A stretch of DNA of 43,385 bases from a virus (taxonomy: Duplodnaviria > Heunggongvirae > Uroviricota > Caudoviricetes): positions 1-43,385 of IMG/VR virus record IMGVR_UViG_2778261121_000005; one strand, written 5' to 3'. Each line of letters begins with the position of its first letter. The stretch's first letter is position 1. Under the pieces are notes generated by a model. It saw nothing but the letters and a program-made list of their open reading frames with translations. It was not told the DNA's origin and searched no databases. Positions 8,127-19,990 of the stretch are shown here, in pieces. The position numbers and the translations under genes were made by a program.

Positions 8127-10246
8127 CTGTCACTAACGAGCCATGTAATAATCCCAGTGCGAGCAATGGTTTTTGCTTCATCTGTTGATAGGGTTTTCTC
8201 CCATCTCTTAAATGCCCCAGATTGCATCAGTTTCCTTTCTATTGCGCGTCTCACTTCTGCTCTGTCTACTGGTGCGTTTTGCAGGCGAAATAACATTGAT
8301 TTAAACTCAGGAGAAGACAGTAGAGCATCAGCAGCCTTTATCCTGCTTGTTTTCCCTGACATCAATGCGGACGTTATCACCCCTGTAGCACCTACACCAG
8401 GAAGACCAGATAAGCTTGTAACACCTTCCGCCGCAGCAGCTTTTGAGGCTATTCCATAAATTTTTGCTAGACTACCCTTTTCCTTCAGAAAGTTATTAAC
8501 TTGCTGATCCACAAGGCTGCTAGCATACTGCTTACCAGTATTGAGTCTATTCATAGCCTTAGCTGCTTGATAAATCGTATCAAGGCGCTTTGATGCATCT
8601 GTGCCAATAGCATCACGGAGAGCCTTCATATTGGCCCCATTGCGTGACATTCCGTTATACCATTTTACAAATCCATCAACCCCTAATTGCTGACCTGGTG
8701 ATTTAGCATAGCTGGTAAATGCTTTATTCATTGAGGTGAGCGCAACTTCCTGCCGCATATCCTTTGGAATTGACTTCATTAATTGCCTAAAGTCACCACC
8801 GTTTCCTTTTGCCATATTAACAACGGCACTTTCAACTTTTGGAATTGCTGATTGCTGAAGTTTTCTACCCAAAACGGTTACGGCATCATCTTCAATGGAT
8901 TTTCGTTTTTTTACCAACTCCTTACCAAGCGTCCATAACTCCCCTGCGCCATATTTTTCTGCGACAGCCTGTTGGTCATCTGTTATGGCTGCATATAACT
9001 TTTTAAGAACACCTGTTTCTTCATCCTTGAATGGGCCAGAGCCTTTGCCAATAGCTTGCCCAACCTGCTTTCTAGCGAGATCTAAACGCCCATACGTTGG
9101 CAAGGTGTTTGGATCAAGTCGGTTCAATGTCCGCTTCATTATTGGAGATAATTCATCAATTCCACCTATGTCATCAGCAAAATCCTCTAAAAAATTCAAT
9201 GTATTGGTTGCCTCAATACGGTCTCTTACTGGAACCTTTTCGGCAATTTTGTTGTAGATGTTATCTGACTGATTTTGTAATGATGAAATGGTTTTATCAA
9301 AATTATCTGCAAGCCTGTCAGAAACCAGTTGCTTATCAAGGTTTCCCCCAAATGAAGTTATCATTTCATCAGCTTTTCTTCCTAATTCAGTAATAAAGCG
9401 CTTATGCGCCTCACTAATCTCTGTTCCAGGGAGACTTGCCACTGCATTATCAAGAGCCCTGACAGCAGGATTATTAGAGATCATTCCTGGAGTGGCATAA
9501 TTTTCCAGTTCTAGCTCACGGATGGCATTTATCGCGTTAAAATCAGGATTAACTTCATCAGCGAAACCTTGAATAGCTCGTTGCCCGCCAATAAATTTAT
9601 TATCCATTGCGCCAGCAGCTTTCTTTAACGTTGCTTTAGATGATTTACTCCCCATCCCTACGGATGAGCGATAAATATCCCCGGCACTATTTTTAATTTT
9701 TCCTGCAATCTTCCCAAGCGCTGGACCAACAATCTCTGCTACAGGGCCAGCCACAGCGCCAATAGCAGCGCCGGAAGCAACATCGCTATTTGTTCCATTG
9801 GCTACAATAGCCCCTTCTCCAGCACCAAGCCCTGCGGCGGCAGCCAGCCTTGCCGCCCCTTTCGGAACCTGAGAAATAATCCCACCACCACTAACAAATG
9901 GCGCTGCTTGTCCAACGAACTCACCAACATCTTGTGCGGTTGATGGTTTTGCCGCTAACTTCTGCTGTAGAGACTGAATTGCGGCTTGCTCTTCTGGTGT
10001 CATATCCTGAAATAGACCAACACCTTTACCAACATCCATCAATCCACTGAGAACGCCATACATAAAACGGTCGAAACCGTTAGCATTATTAACAACATTT
10101 TCCTGTCTGGAATTTTCCTCTGGTGAAACCAAAGGTGATTGCTGCTGCTCTGGTTGGGAATCAAGCACAAAACCATCAGGAAGCTGTGAGTTATCAGGCT
10201 GATTATCGAGAACAAATCCTTCGGGTAAACCTACATCGGTTGCCAT
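8123..10246 (-). CDS. ejection (DNA transfer) protein, P22 gp16-like by synteny
   Basis: 707 aa, last gene of the 7-20-16 type block downstream of gp20-like; Gly/Ala-rich segment; N-terminal tandem LP(E/D)GFVLD(N/S)QP repeats. Confidence 0.6.
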   Translation of the reverse strand: MATDVGLPEGFVLDNQPDNSQLPDGFVLDSQPEQQQSPLVSPEENSRQENVVNNANGFDRFMYGVLSGLMDVGKGVGLFQDMTPEEQAAIQSLQQKLAAKPSTAQDVGEFVGQAAPFVSGGGIISQVPKGAARLAAAAGLGAGEGAIVANGTNSDVASGAAIGAVAGPVAEIVGPALGKIAGKIKNSAGDIYRSSVGMGSKSSKATLKKAAGAMDNKFIGGQRAIQGFADEVNPDFNAINAIRELELENYATPGMISNNPAVRALDNAVASLPGTEISEAHKRFITELGRKADEMITSFGGNLDKQLVSDRLADNFDKTISSLQNQSDNIYNKIAEKVPVRDRIEATNTLNFLEDFADDIGGIDELSPIMKRTLNRLDPNTLPTYGRLDLARKQVGQAIGKGSGPFKDEETGVLKKLYAAITDDQQAVAEKYGAGELWTLGKELVKKRKSIEDDAVTVLGRKLQQSAIPKVESAVVNMAKGNGGDFRQLMKSIPKDMRQEVALTSMNKAFTSYAKSPGQQLGVDGFVKWYNGMSRNGANMKALRDAIGTDASKRLDTIYQAAKAMNRLNTGKQYASSLVDQQVNNFLKEKGSLAKIYGIASKAAAAEGVTSLSGLPGVGATGVITSALMSGKTSRIKAADALLSSPEFKSMLFRLQNAPVDRAEVRRAIERKLMQSGAFKRWEKTLSTDEAKTIARTGIITWLVSDS

Positions 10247-11574
10247 TGTCCGTTCCTATAAATGAGTTTCTGACCAGTTTTAGGGTTCGTTGCCGTCGCG
10301 CCTTCTGATATCCCACTTGGCGCAGCTTTTGTCTGCCCATTACCACCTTGTGGTGTAGGCTGCGCTGGGACATCGTCAAATAGCTTGGCCTTCCTTCTCC
10401 CTAAGCTTTTTTTCAGCCCTTGAGGAATAGTATCTCCATACGTATCCAGATATTCGTCTACCTGCTGGTTAAACTGCTGCCCCATAGCGTTGGCGTTAAT
10501 TTTGGCTGCGTTAACAATGTTATCCCTCGCTTCCTGTGACAAGCCATTCCCTGCATTAAGCTGGTCTACATATCCTTTTATCTGCCCCCATATGCCATCA
10601 GAGCGCATGACCTGAACCTGTTCACCTTCGCGAACAACTGACTGAGGGTCGAGAGACTTCATGTAATTAAAGATAATCCCAAGTTGGGCAGCGCCAGTAT
10701 TTACCTTGCTAAGGGCTTGCAGAGAGTTTGCCGCCGCTCTGACAGAGTTATAATTTTTGCCAAAATTGGTAATGTCAGAATTTAATCCCTTAATTAAGTC
10801 TGCTGACGGCTTACCTTTTTGCCCCAGCTCCATTAGCTTCAATCCCATCTCATCTGAGTGAATTTGTGCTCGCTGAGCCCTGTCTAGTTGAGCGTTCTGG
10901 ATATTTGCCCATCCTCTCGCGTTCTCCATGTCAGCCTGACGGATGCTTTCATCCAATCGCCCTTTCTCTAGTTGGCGACCAACCATCTTATCCTGATAAT
11001 CCAGCATTTTATCCGGACCAACAGCCCCTAGCGTCATAGTAGTCAGCATGTGTGATAGCTGCTCTGGATTCTGGATACCTGTCTGAATCATCCAGTCAGC
11101 ATTAGCACCAACGCGATTTAACCTGTCCTTGTTGTCAGTAATGAATTTACTGTAGGCTTCCGGTCCCTGAGAAAGAGCGACGTTAGCCCTCATGGCTAAA
11201 TCGCCCATATCGTTGCGTTGCTGCTCATTAAGACCGGAAAATGCCTGTTGTGCCTGTGCAACAAACGCTGGATTTTCCTGGGCAAACTTAAATAGTCCCG
11301 ATGGGTCACCAGAAGCCCATGCATCAGCGTGAACCTTATTGAACGCACTAATAGCTTTCTGTTGCTGTTCCTGATTGTAAATATCAGCAACTCCAGCCAG
11401 ACCACGTAACGCGGTCAGACCAACGTTATTTGCACCTGAGCGAGCCAGTTCATTGTTTTCGCGGATCAGACCAAGCGTTGCGTTAATGTCGCTTGCCTTT
11501 GGCGCATTCTCATTTTGCGTACCGATGCCAGCCAGAAAACCACCAGAATTAATACCCTGTTGCCACGTAGCCAT
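10231..11574 (-). CDS. ejection protein, P22 gp20-like by synteny
   Basis: 447 aa in the conserved gp7-gp20-gp16 order. Confidence 0.6.
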   Translation of the reverse strand: MATWQQGINSGGFLAGIGTQNENAPKASDINATLGLIRENNELARSGANNVGLTALRGLAGVADIYNQEQQQKAISAFNKVHADAWASGDPSGLFKFAQENPAFVAQAQQAFSGLNEQQRNDMGDLAMRANVALSQGPEAYSKFITDNKDRLNRVGANADWMIQTGIQNPEQLSHMLTTMTLGAVGPDKMLDYQDKMVGRQLEKGRLDESIRQADMENARGWANIQNAQLDRAQRAQIHSDEMGLKLMELGQKGKPSADLIKGLNSDITNFGKNYNSVRAAANSLQALSKVNTGAAQLGIIFNYMKSLDPQSVVREGEQVQVMRSDGIWGQIKGYVDQLNAGNGLSQEARDNIVNAAKINANAMGQQFNQQVDEYLDTYGDTIPQGLKKSLGRRKAKLFDDVPAQPTPQGGNGQTKAAPSGISEGATATNPKTGQKLIYRNGQWQPM

Positions 11575-11583
11575 GATTACCCC

Positions 11584-12276
11584 TTAAAACAACGAGCCAA
11601 GCAGACCAAGACCAGCACCGATACCAGCACCCCACGGAGTTGATAGCTCGAGAGCACTGGCTATGCCACCACCCAAAAGCGCACCGGATGCAGCACCACT
11701 AACCCCCTGCTGCAATGCTGACGGTCGGTTGGCGTTTGCCGCAGCCAGCGCCGCGCTTTGCTGTGAAATCTGACTCATGTTGTTGGCATATGTTTGCCCG
11801 GCGTTTGCCTGCCCCTGAAGAGCGCCAAGACCGATATTTGCCAGGTTGTTGTAATTGTTCATTTGTCCAGATAGCCATTGCTGACCAAGCGTTGGTGCGA
11901 TTGTTGCTAACTGATTACTGGTTGCGGTGGAACCCAATCCACCTGTTGCTTCCGCTGCCGCCAGACTCTGATAGCGAGCCTGACCAGCAAGGTCTTTATA
12001 CTGCTGAGAGTTGTAATACTGGTTAAGTGCCTGACCTTGCCCCTCCAGAGACGATAAGTTCTCGAGGCTGCCGACATACTTCTCAGCCAGAGGAGTAAAC
12101 GGCTTCAGGTTGTTCATGATGGTGTTGAACTGCTGATTTTGCAGGTCTGCGGCATACTTCTGAGCTTCTGCTGCATACTTTGCGCTTTTATCAGAGCTGC
12201 CACCTTTCCCGCCTTTTTCAGGGCAATAAGGTTCCTCGCCGCGCAGTTTTCTGCCCAGCTTAAATGCATATAACAT
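11584..12276 (-). CDS. ejection protein, P22 gp7-like
   Basis: 230 aa (P22 gp7 is about the same size); Gly/Ala/Gln-rich with C-terminal hydrophobic segment; synteny. Confidence 0.65.
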   Translation of the reverse strand: MLYAFKLGRKLRGEEPYCPEKGGKGGSSDKSAKYAAEAQKYAADLQNQQFNTIMNNLKPFTPLAEKYVGSLENLSSLEGQGQALNQYYNSQQYKDLAGQARYQSLAAAEATGGLGSTATSNQLATIAPTLGQQWLSGQMNNYNNLANIGLGALQGQANAGQTYANNMSQISQQSAALAAANANRPSALQQGVSGAASGALLGGGIASALELSTPWGAGIGAGLGLLGSLF

Positions 12277-12278
12277 GG

Positions 12279-12734
12279 CTATCTCCCGTGATTCAGGAAG
12301 TCGATTAGTTCTTCGCGTGTGGCGCTGTAAAACGTCACGTCATCCACGCCTTTGAAGTATTTCTTGATGGTTCCTACACGCTTAAGGCCAATCATTGCGC
12401 AGTACATCTGACCGTGGCGGAATTTGCGCGCAGCGAACGATGTGACGCACTGAACGGTGGTGTTAGTCAGAATGTATCGCCAGAACGCCAGCCCGATTTC
12501 CTTGCTGAAGCCGCGAATCTCTGGCAGGTACATGGCGTGGCAATCGAATGTCAGCGGCTGAATCTCCTGATAGTAAACAATGCCGCCGAACTGCCCGTGC
12601 ACGTTCACCTCAAAGTAACGGCATTCAGGTTTGTAGTCGTATCCATCACCGTTGTTGCTACCAGCGATAATGTCAGGGTGATTTCCGACTGCTTCGATCA
12701 GGTCGATGTTTCGCGTTGGTTTGAATGTAATCAT
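12279..12734 (-). CDS. virion assembly protein, P22 gp14-like by synteny
   Basis: 151 aa between the tail needle and gp7-like genes. Confidence 0.55.
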   Translation of the reverse strand: MITFKPTRNIDLIEAVGNHPDIIAGSNNGDGYDYKPECRYFEVNVHGQFGGIVYYQEIQPLTFDCHAMYLPEIRGFSKEIGLAFWRYILTNTTVQCVTSFAARKFRHGQMYCAMIGLKRVGTIKKYFKGVDDVTFYSATREELIDFLNHGR

Positions 12735-13435
12735 CAGTCAATCAGCCCATGTAATCTAAGTGCCGTTTCAAGCGCCAGAATACGCTGCCGCGCCTGCTGC
12801 AAACCTGTAGCGAGAGCTGCGACTTCGGATTGTGTGTACGTAGTGCCGACAGTGTATGACTGGTTAGCGTTGAATGAGCCAAGAAGTGGCGTACCTGTGG
12901 CTGCAGTCCATCCGGTATTTCTTGCTCCAACAACCTGAATTCCATCAACTGAATATGATGTTTTTACATCCAGCGGTGACTCAAGAGACTGCAATTCGGT
13001 TACGGTTTTCGATACGTAATCACTCTTAATGCCAGAGACATCGTTTTCTACGTCATCCAGTCTTTGGTCAACAGTGACCAGATGCGCCTGAATATCGATA
13101 ACCTCATCCAGCAAGTAATCAACATCGCTACGCAGTACGACTATCTTCCCTTCGGCAGTTGTTAACCTGACCTCAAGGAGATTTATCGCTTTTGTGTTTG
13201 CGGAGATTCTTGCATCGTGGTCAGCCAGTTCGACATCCTGCTCATCGTTTTTTACCTGGGCATCATAGGCGCCCTGACCAGCCTGATTTGCCTTCCCGGC
13301 AATTGCGCCAACATCAGCACCCTGATTTATGACATACAGCAGGTAAGACTGGCTGAATATATTGCGTGGCAAAATTGAAGCATCAAGGCGCGTAGCCTGA
13401 ACCGCGACAGGATTATTCAGTGATGAATCCGCCAT
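12734..13435 (-). CDS. tail needle protein, P22 gp26-like
   Basis: 233 aa; N-terminus [68 protein letters not shown] matches P22 gp26 as recalled. Confidence 0.9.
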   Translation of the reverse strand: MADSSLNNPVAVQATRLDASILPRNIFSQSYLLYVINQGADVGAIAGKANQAGQGAYDAQVKNDEQDVELADHDARISANTKAINLLEVRLTTAEGKIVVLRSDVDYLLDEVIDIQAHLVTVDQRLDDVENDVSGIKSDYVSKTVTELQSLESPLDVKTSYSVDGIQVVGARNTGWTAATGTPLLGSFNANQSYTVGTTYTQSEVAALATGLQQARQRILALETALRLHGLID

Positions 13436-14853
13436 TACTCAATCCTTATCTGGCAGCCAGAAAGAGTGACAGGTGACTTCGTGATAACGCGCAATTTGAA
13501 GCCGACATTTTTCCTGATGCGCCCAACTCGCTTCCACAAAACGCGTTTGTCGTAAACGAACGGTTCATTCTGCTCAATCATCTGCTCACGCCCGTAATTG
13601 ATGCCATCAGTGGTTGCCGAGAGGAACAGGCGGTCGGCGTACTGAGCTACGCCAGTGGATGATTCCACCTCCAGATCGAAGCATCTGGCGTTATCCGCTT
13701 TGAACAGTGGAGTAAACAGCAGGTGTTCCTGTTGAAGCCCATACTGGCTGCTGATATCGAACTGCAATTTGCCAGTAACCGATTCCAGCTTATCGCCGCA
13801 CGTTATCTGATTGCCTTCGTAAATGAAGTCGATAGCGCGGTACACATCGTCATACAGGCCTGTTTTCAACACACACCATTGCGGACCATTGGCGCTTGAA
13901 GATGCGTCGTACACGAGAACATGGCGAGGAAGATGGATAATCAGCAACTCATGAGCATCAAACCGCAACGATTCCATCACGCCATCAGCCAGTTCATCAG
14001 CAGTGTAGGAGCGGAGGATTCTCTCAATGCTCGCACTGGCGATTGGTGACACCTGACCGGAGCCGATGATGTATACAGACGGCGCACCCGTTGCCGGATT
14101 GCTGATGAACGCATACGAATCAGCAAACGGCGTTTTGCAGTAAGTCCCGGCGATGCCTTTTTGCACCATCAGTGATGGCTGTGCGACATACAAAGCAGCA
14201 CCAACGGTGGTTGCGCCAGTCAGGGAGAAATATTCAATAGTCGATGAACCAAAGCAGACGATGAAGTCTCGCCATGTCCCGATACCGATGATGCCGTCCG
14301 GCTGAGACTCGGCACGATATTGTGCGCTGTAACGGTCAGGATGCGATTCGTCTTCAAGGTCAGTGATAAACCATGAATCAGTGCCGTCTTTTGACCACGC
14401 ATAACGCCCACGCAAGCGCGTAATGTCGCGAACTGAACCTAACTCGTACTGTGTGAATCCGCTGTCTGTAGGCCAGTTTGAGACGGTTTTAACCGTGCCA
14501 TCATAGCGATACTCGACCAGTTGACCATTAACGCCTACTGCCTGTGATGTCCTACCGTGTGCCATTGATACGCGACCACTTCCGGCAACATCACCGACCT
14601 CGCTTTCGCCCTTATACAGCTTGCCTCCGCACACGCGATATACAGCATTCTGCGCCATGTTGTACTCGACGCCTCGCGATACGCCGTTCACGTCAGAGCG
14701 TTTGGCAATGCCCGGGAATGAGCGAAGATATCCGCTGCTGTTCAGGATTTCTTTGGGTGTAGCCAGCATATTCACTGGCAGATAGTCGATATAGTCGGCA
14801 TTTCGGAAGTCTTTGCCGACACCTTTCATGAGCGGAAGTTGCTGAATCGGCAT
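13435..14853 (-). CDS. tail hub protein, P22 gp10-like
   Basis: 472 aa, same length and position as P22 gp10. Confidence 0.8.
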   Translation of the reverse strand: MPIQQLPLMKGVGKDFRNADYIDYLPVNMLATPKEILNSSGYLRSFPGIAKRSDVNGVSRGVEYNMAQNAVYRVCGGKLYKGESEVGDVAGSGRVSMAHGRTSQAVGVNGQLVEYRYDGTVKTVSNWPTDSGFTQYELGSVRDITRLRGRYAWSKDGTDSWFITDLEDESHPDRYSAQYRAESQPDGIIGIGTWRDFIVCFGSSTIEYFSLTGATTVGAALYVAQPSLMVQKGIAGTYCKTPFADSYAFISNPATGAPSVYIIGSGQVSPIASASIERILRSYTADELADGVMESLRFDAHELLIIHLPRHVLVYDASSSANGPQWCVLKTGLYDDVYRAIDFIYEGNQITCGDKLESVTGKLQFDISSQYGLQQEHLLFTPLFKADNARCFDLEVESSTGVAQYADRLFLSATTDGINYGREQMIEQNEPFVYDKRVLWKRVGRIRKNVGFKLRVITKSPVTLSGCQIRIE

Positions 14854-14862
14854 TTATTCACC

Positions 14863-15324
14863 TCACGTACTCGGATCATCTTTCTCGATGTAAAACCGAT
14901 TCCACGTAAACGCGCTTTTGTTACCACTACCGCGAGGCATGTCATTTCGCCGCTCAAGTGGTGGTATTTTGGTTAAAGCGATACAGATTGTTTGATATGC
15001 ACTGTCAGCAGCGGTAAGGAGAGCGTCTGACGGCTGAATGACGTTATCCATGCACACTTGCACAGCGAGTTTCAAAGCGACGCCATCATTTGCCCATGCA
15101 GGGATACCTGAATCATCGTCAGGTAACGGCATGATGCCGTTTTCTGTATCAGCAAACTGATATCCAAGCTCGATACCTTTAGCCTGCCATGCTGCCATCA
15201 TGTCTTCGAGGTCATTAATGGCATCTTCAATTGCCTGAGGGTCAGCATCTGTCAACGTGGCATTGGAATACAGCCCGGCTTTTCGTAAAGCCTTTAGAAC
15301 GAGATCACCCTTCGTTTTTGCCAT
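14863..15324 (-). CDS. head-to-tail adaptor protein, P22 gp4-like
   Basis: 153 aa directly after coat and the small ORF, before gp10-like. Confidence 0.7.
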   Translation of the reverse strand: MAKTKGDLVLKALRKAGLYSNATLTDADPQAIEDAINDLEDMMAAWQAKGIELGYQFADTENGIMPLPDDDSGIPAWANDGVALKLAVQVCMDNVIQPSDALLTAADSAYQTICIALTKIPPLERRNDMPRGSGNKSAFTWNRFYIEKDDPST

Positions 15325-15493
15325 CTTCTTCCGCCTTAGCCACTTTTTGCTTCGTTGCGGTTTCTTCAGGAGTTTTTACCCAACCTTTTTTCAGGTGAGA
15401 TTTAACTTCTTCGTCATCAACAATGATGTAATCGACAGCAAACTGACCACAGGTGATCATGTTGCCCGGCTTATAGAGCATTGTTCGTGCCAT
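15305..15493 (-). CDS. hypothetical small protein (62 aa) between coat and gp4-like genes
   Basis: Internal ATG with SD GGGAGAAG; a small ORF at this position is common in P22-like phages. Confidence 0.45.
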   Translation of the reverse strand: MARTMLYKPGNMITCGQFAVDYIIVDDEEVKSHLKKGWVKTPEETATKQKVAKAEEDGKNEG

Positions 15494-15534
15494 TGTCTTC
15501 TCCCAATAAAAATGGGGCCGAAGCCCCACCTAAA

Positions 15535-16788
15535 TTACTGCCCGGCAATAACGATGCCCGTATATTCAGGAACCAGTACAGAGCAACCGTACAGAGTGGT
15601 GAAACGCGCAGTGGTTACGCCTTTGATGTGGTCGAAGGCGTAAGACATGATCAGCGTAGCGCCCTGCTCGGTGGTTGCTGTCATTACCTGTGGACCCTGA
15701 CCAGTAGGGAACGCCAGTTTGCCGTACATCAGTTCAACAGAACCATCAGCCCAGAACAGGTTAGCCGGTGCGGCATTTTTGTTGAGAATGGTGATTGCTG
15801 CGCTACTTGCCGCATTAGCATCAACGTTTGCATATGGTCGGCTGGCGACATCCGCGTTGTCAGGCGGCAGAATTTTCGGGGAGATAGTTACTGTCGTTCC
15901 GCTTACTGCCAGAACGCGGAATACCTGCGGCTGCCCGGTGGTATCTTTGGTGATCTGGTGTACAGAATTCACCCCTGCGATGGTAAACGCATCGCCAACC
16001 TGCAAACCTTCAGCAGATACCGTAATGGTCCCCTGTCGGTTATCCACTGGCATATCGTTAGCATCTTTCGCTTCAACCTTGTGCGCAGGTGCTGCTGCCA
16101 GCGTAATGGAAGTTGCTGTACCCTTCGGAACACGACCAGAAATATCGGTCTTGTAGCTATCGAAGGACGCAACCGGAGGGATTTGCGCTTTTTCGTATGC
16201 TGTCAGGGTTGCGCCCTGAGCATAGGCACGGTGACCAAGCTCGCCAGCAAGGTCTTTGTAGTTGAAGGGGTTCCAGAAAGAGCGACGGTTGATACCCTGA
16301 GGTACACCAATCGCCGTCATGGTGGCATCAATACCTGCCGCACAGTTCCACAAATCACGGCCCTGTGAACCTGTGGTTGAGTCAGCCATCGTGATCACGT
16401 TAGTAGCACGCTGCGTGACCATGGAAATCAGGTCAGAGTCAATCTGTGCAGCAAGGCGCATACCTGCGGCTCGACCAGCTTCAGTTTTATGTTCCGGGTC
16501 ACGCATTTCACGCGCATCCAGAGTGTACAGAATGTTTTTCGGCTCCTTGAACACAGAAGGAACAAGGCGCTGAACCAGTGCTGTTGGCGTTTTGCTGCTG
16601 AGGTCGAGGCCTTCCTCAATATTCATGTGGTAATGCTGCGGACGATACAGAACATCACCTGCTCGCTGCATTGCTGTATCACCGGGACGGAATTTTTTAG
16701 CGTTACGGGAAACTACGCAGGCGGCCTCAAAGCCTTCAACGTAGTTTTCGAACATGATTTCAAGGTCTTTTGCTAATTGGTTAGCCAT
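15535..16788 (-). CDS. major coat protein, P22 gp5-like
   Basis: 417 aa; several segments resemble P22 coat (e.g. KKF.PGDTAMQR and NLFWADGSVELM); follows the scaffold gene. Confidence 0.85.
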   Translation of the reverse strand: MANQLAKDLEIMFENYVEGFEAACVVSRNAKKFRPGDTAMQRAGDVLYRPQHYHMNIEEGLDLSSKTPTALVQRLVPSVFKEPKNILYTLDAREMRDPEHKTEAGRAAGMRLAAQIDSDLISMVTQRATNVITMADSTTGSQGRDLWNCAAGIDATMTAIGVPQGINRRSFWNPFNYKDLAGELGHRAYAQGATLTAYEKAQIPPVASFDSYKTDISGRVPKGTATSITLAAAPAHKVEAKDANDMPVDNRQGTITVSAEGLQVGDAFTIAGVNSVHQITKDTTGQPQVFRVLAVSGTTVTISPKILPPDNADVASRPYANVDANAASSAAITILNKNAAPANLFWADGSVELMYGKLAFPTGQGPQVMTATTEQGATLIMSYAFDHIKGVTTARFTTLYGCSVLVPEYTGIVIAGQ

Positions 16789-16806
16789 GCTTAATGCTCC
16801 GATAGG

Positions 16807-17700
16807 TTATTTTTTTGCCTTTTTAGCGGCGAAATACGGCGTCCAGTCACCAGTTTCCAGCGCCTTGGCTTTCAGTTTGTCGAGGTTGTTGATTACTGCG
16901 CCGTTGCTCCCCTTAACTGTCGGGGTTGTGGCTGCCGTGGTTTTTGCTTTTGGCATGATTCTGGCCTTCGATTCGATACGTTCCAGCAGACGACCAATTG
17001 CTACGGGGTTGGTAGCTTCTGCCAGTTGCTTGCGCAGTTCAGCGTTGCGACCGAGCGCCAGAACAACGATTTCCGGCTTCTCTGACTCAAACAGGATCGC
17101 GTTTTGTGTCTCGAAGGGGATTTCCTCGAGTACGGCCTGTTCTGCTTCCTGATAGCCAGGAACCTTGAGAGCCTTAACACGTTGCTGATATTTGGATAAT
17201 CGCTCTTGATAAGCAGCCTGAAGCTCCTGCTCCTTCTGCTTGCGAGCCATCTCCTGTTGCTGGTACTTTCCGTTATCCTCTGCCCACTTAGCCATGCGTT
17301 GCTGATAGATTTCTTCATCGAAACCGATATCCTCATCATCCAGTTTTGGCATTCGCGGTGGTTGAGTGATTGCCGGCTGCTGCTCGACGGGTTTCTGAGA
17401 CTGACGCATCAGCTCTTTCAGCTCGCGGTCTTTCTCTTTAATCGTCTTGCGCAGGTGTTTTACCAGTCCATGCTCAGCGCCATCTTCGCTGGTTGGCGAA
17501 TCCAGCTTTTCGTCACCAAAGTAGAATTCCTGTTCTGATTCGTCGTCATCAGTTTCAGTAGCCTCCTCTGCATCATTGCCTGAGGACTCACTACCATCTT
17601 CTGTTTCGACTTCTTCAGCCAGTTCGACATCATCAGGAATCTGCTCTGACGCGTCGGTTTCGATTTCAACTTCTGGTGTGTTTTCTGCCATCTGGTCCAT
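16807..17700 (-). CDS. scaffolding protein, P22 gp8-like
   Basis: 297 aa, very acidic N-terminus, coiled-coil-like Glu/Lys-rich centre; between portal and coat. Confidence 0.8.
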   Translation of the reverse strand: MDQMAENTPEVEIETDASEQIPDDVELAEEVETEDGSESSGNDAEEATETDDDESEQEFYFGDEKLDSPTSEDGAEHGLVKHLRKTIKEKDRELKELMRQSQKPVEQQPAITQPPRMPKLDDEDIGFDEEIYQQRMAKWAEDNGKYQQQEMARKQKEQELQAAYQERLSKYQQRVKALKVPGYQEAEQAVLEEIPFETQNAILFESEKPEIVVLALGRNAELRKQLAEATNPVAIGRLLERIESKARIMPKAKTTAATTPTVKGSNGAVINNLDKLKAKALETGDWTPYFAAKKAKK

Positions 17701-17790
17701 TTGTTACCCCTGTTTACTCGATGTTCAGCCCATCGGAAGGCAATAGGGTGCCAGGCCTCATAAAGACAGCCATTGCACGTTATGGGTTAA

Positions 17791-19989
17791 TTACTGCTGT
17801 GGTTGTTGCTGAGTTGATTTTTGCAGGATGCTGCTGATGTCCATGCGCTGCGCATGGCCCTGCGCCTGACTTTTCAGGACAAGCTCTGCATCAGCACGGG
17901 CATTATCTCCTTGCTGTTGCTGGAACTGTCCGAGCAGTTTCAGCGCCTCACGGATATCAGATTTTTGCTGGCTATCGGCAGATGCGAGGATTTTCACAAC
18001 ATTTGCCGCAGCAACCTGAGCATCCGTCTGTGCCTGGAATGCTTTAACCTGAATGGCTGCTTGTTCGTTCTGCGCTTTCTGCAATTCAGCCTGACCAGCA
18101 AGAAGCTGACCTTGCGCTGCAATCATAGCCGGATCCGGCTGACTGGCCTGTTGTTGTTTCGCCTGCTCAACCATCTGCTGCTCTTCTGGCGTTCTCGGCT
18201 TGATAACTCCAGACAGAAGCAACTGATTGCGGTTGTATTCTTTAAGGTCATCCATCCCTTCGCCGTCCATATTGTCGAGAATCATCGACGATACAAGGTC
18301 GTGCTTCGGCGTTCCTGGTGGGATAAGTGCCAGCATGGAAAGTAACGACTTAACCGTTGCATCACGGCGAGTAGCGAACGACTGACCGACATCGACAGTC
18401 ACTTCATAGTTACCCTGCGAAAGGTCGTTAAGCGCGATAACCTGGCCTGTCTGACGGTCAACCACTTCACCAGTCATCAGCGCCACGTCATCGCTGCCGT
18501 CCTCATTAACGATACGCATCGGCGTATCGCTGCCATAGACTTCACGAGCCATAGAAAGCCACACAACGCCAGCGCGACGCATGGATTTAGCCATGTTGTC
18601 CATGTAGATATAGGACTGCGTATCCATCCGGTTAAAGATGCTATCAACGGTATCGGTAGCAACGTTGCTCGGCATGTTCTCAAGCTGCGACGCGCCTGTA
18701 ATTTGCTGAATAGCCGTTCCGGTGTACTGCAATAGCCCGGCAAGAGCAGGAGGCATTTGTGTCGGAGGTGTATAACTGCTGACCTGAGCCTGCGCAGTAA
18801 TATCTCCGTTTTTGTTTTTCAGACTGACCATCGGCAGGAACGCCGGGCGCTTTTTGTTGCGCTCCGCCCAATGAGTGGCGAGAGGACCAGGAATCATGTC
18901 AACATCAACTACAGGAATGCCATCGCCGCCAGCCTGAGTGGCGTTATCTGCAATCATGGAAACCATCAGGTTCTCAAGACGCTGTGCATCCATCGCTTTT
19001 GCTGCGTGGCCTTCGATTCGCTCCTGATTATCAACAAATGAACGACGCCCATATACCGGGATGAGAGGAATATGTTCGCCCGGAATACGCTTCGGTTCTT
19101 CCAGCCATTCAGCGCCAGACAGAAGACCGCAATAAACTCGGCGTTTCTTCACTGTCCGCTCACCAATCAGTTCGAATGCGCCATCGGTCAGCTCGTCGAC
19201 AATATCTTTGATTTGATCTTCATCATAGATTGCCGTTTCTCCGCTAACAGGGTTACGCCATGCTGTGAGCTTCACCTTCTCTACGCGAACTTCGTAGTAG
19301 CGACCAACATAGATAGCATCAGGAGTTGACCAGTCATATTGAGTACCAGTGTCATCACGAGAAAGGCTTGCCGCAATGGAATCAGGGTATTCAGCCTCGA
19401 ACGCTTTAGGCGTCATGGAAAACATTTCCATAGCCCACATAGCATCAGAGCGGTCATATTGCTTGCTGTCCTGATCGAAGAAGACGCATGTCGCTGGGTC
19501 GTAAACAGGAAGAAGACTGATGCGTCGCTGCTCGTTACTCGGATCCATTTCATCTTCGTAATCGGCACACATGCGGAAACAACCGAATCCGCCCGTTACA
19601 GCATCATCAAATGCGTTATCACACGCTTCGCCACCGGATGTTTCCTGATAGTCAGCGCGGAATTTGCCGTTCATCTTTTCGGCTAACGCTTCCGATGCCT
19701 TATCGTCCTTCGGCCTGAATTTAACGCTGATGCGATTCTGTCGATACTCGCCAATGATGCGATCACATTCACGGGCAATCTTATTCAGTTCAAAACGCGG
19801 ATAATGCTCGAACCTGCCTTCATCAAATGAGTAACCAGCGTTTGTGCTGCCTTCCCACTGTGCGCCGGATACCCGGACGAAACGTTGAGCCTCAATAATC
19901 TGCTCACGCATATCCTGCGTTGCTGACCAGGCATTATCAAAGTTGCACAGCACCTTGCGATGCCAGTCAGTCATCTTTTTTTCTGCCAT
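17791..19989 (-). CDS. portal protein, P22 gp1-like
   Basis: 732 aa immediately downstream of the large terminase; Gln/Ala-rich C-terminal barrel-like tail. Confidence 0.85.
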   Translation of the reverse strand: MAEKKMTDWHRKVLCNFDNAWSATQDMREQIIEAQRFVRVSGAQWEGSTNAGYSFDEGRFEHYPRFELNKIARECDRIIGEYRQNRISVKFRPKDDKASEALAEKMNGKFRADYQETSGGEACDNAFDDAVTGGFGCFRMCADYEDEMDPSNEQRRISLLPVYDPATCVFFDQDSKQYDRSDAMWAMEMFSMTPKAFEAEYPDSIAASLSRDDTGTQYDWSTPDAIYVGRYYEVRVEKVKLTAWRNPVSGETAIYDEDQIKDIVDELTDGAFELIGERTVKKRRVYCGLLSGAEWLEEPKRIPGEHIPLIPVYGRRSFVDNQERIEGHAAKAMDAQRLENLMVSMIADNATQAGGDGIPVVDVDMIPGPLATHWAERNKKRPAFLPMVSLKNKNGDITAQAQVSSYTPPTQMPPALAGLLQYTGTAIQQITGASQLENMPSNVATDTVDSIFNRMDTQSYIYMDNMAKSMRRAGVVWLSMAREVYGSDTPMRIVNEDGSDDVALMTGEVVDRQTGQVIALNDLSQGNYEVTVDVGQSFATRRDATVKSLLSMLALIPPGTPKHDLVSSMILDNMDGEGMDDLKEYNRNQLLLSGVIKPRTPEEQQMVEQAKQQQASQPDPAMIAAQGQLLAGQAELQKAQNEQAAIQVKAFQAQTDAQVAAANVVKILASADSQQKSDIREALKLLGQFQQQQGDNARADAELVLKSQAQGHAQRMDISSILQKSTQQQPQQ

Positions 19990-19990
19990 A

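Noticed and set aside
15481-16368. 295-aa plus-strand ORF, with several other long antisense ORFs from the track (e.g. 89..985, 12414..12938, 17821..18345, 20033..20497, 27365..27889, 29096..29452)
   Set aside because: They lie entirely antisense to well-supported genes (coat, tnpB, tail needle/gp14, portal, terminase, nin/Dam, helicase), have odd composition and no ribosome-binding sites; treated as shadow ORFs.
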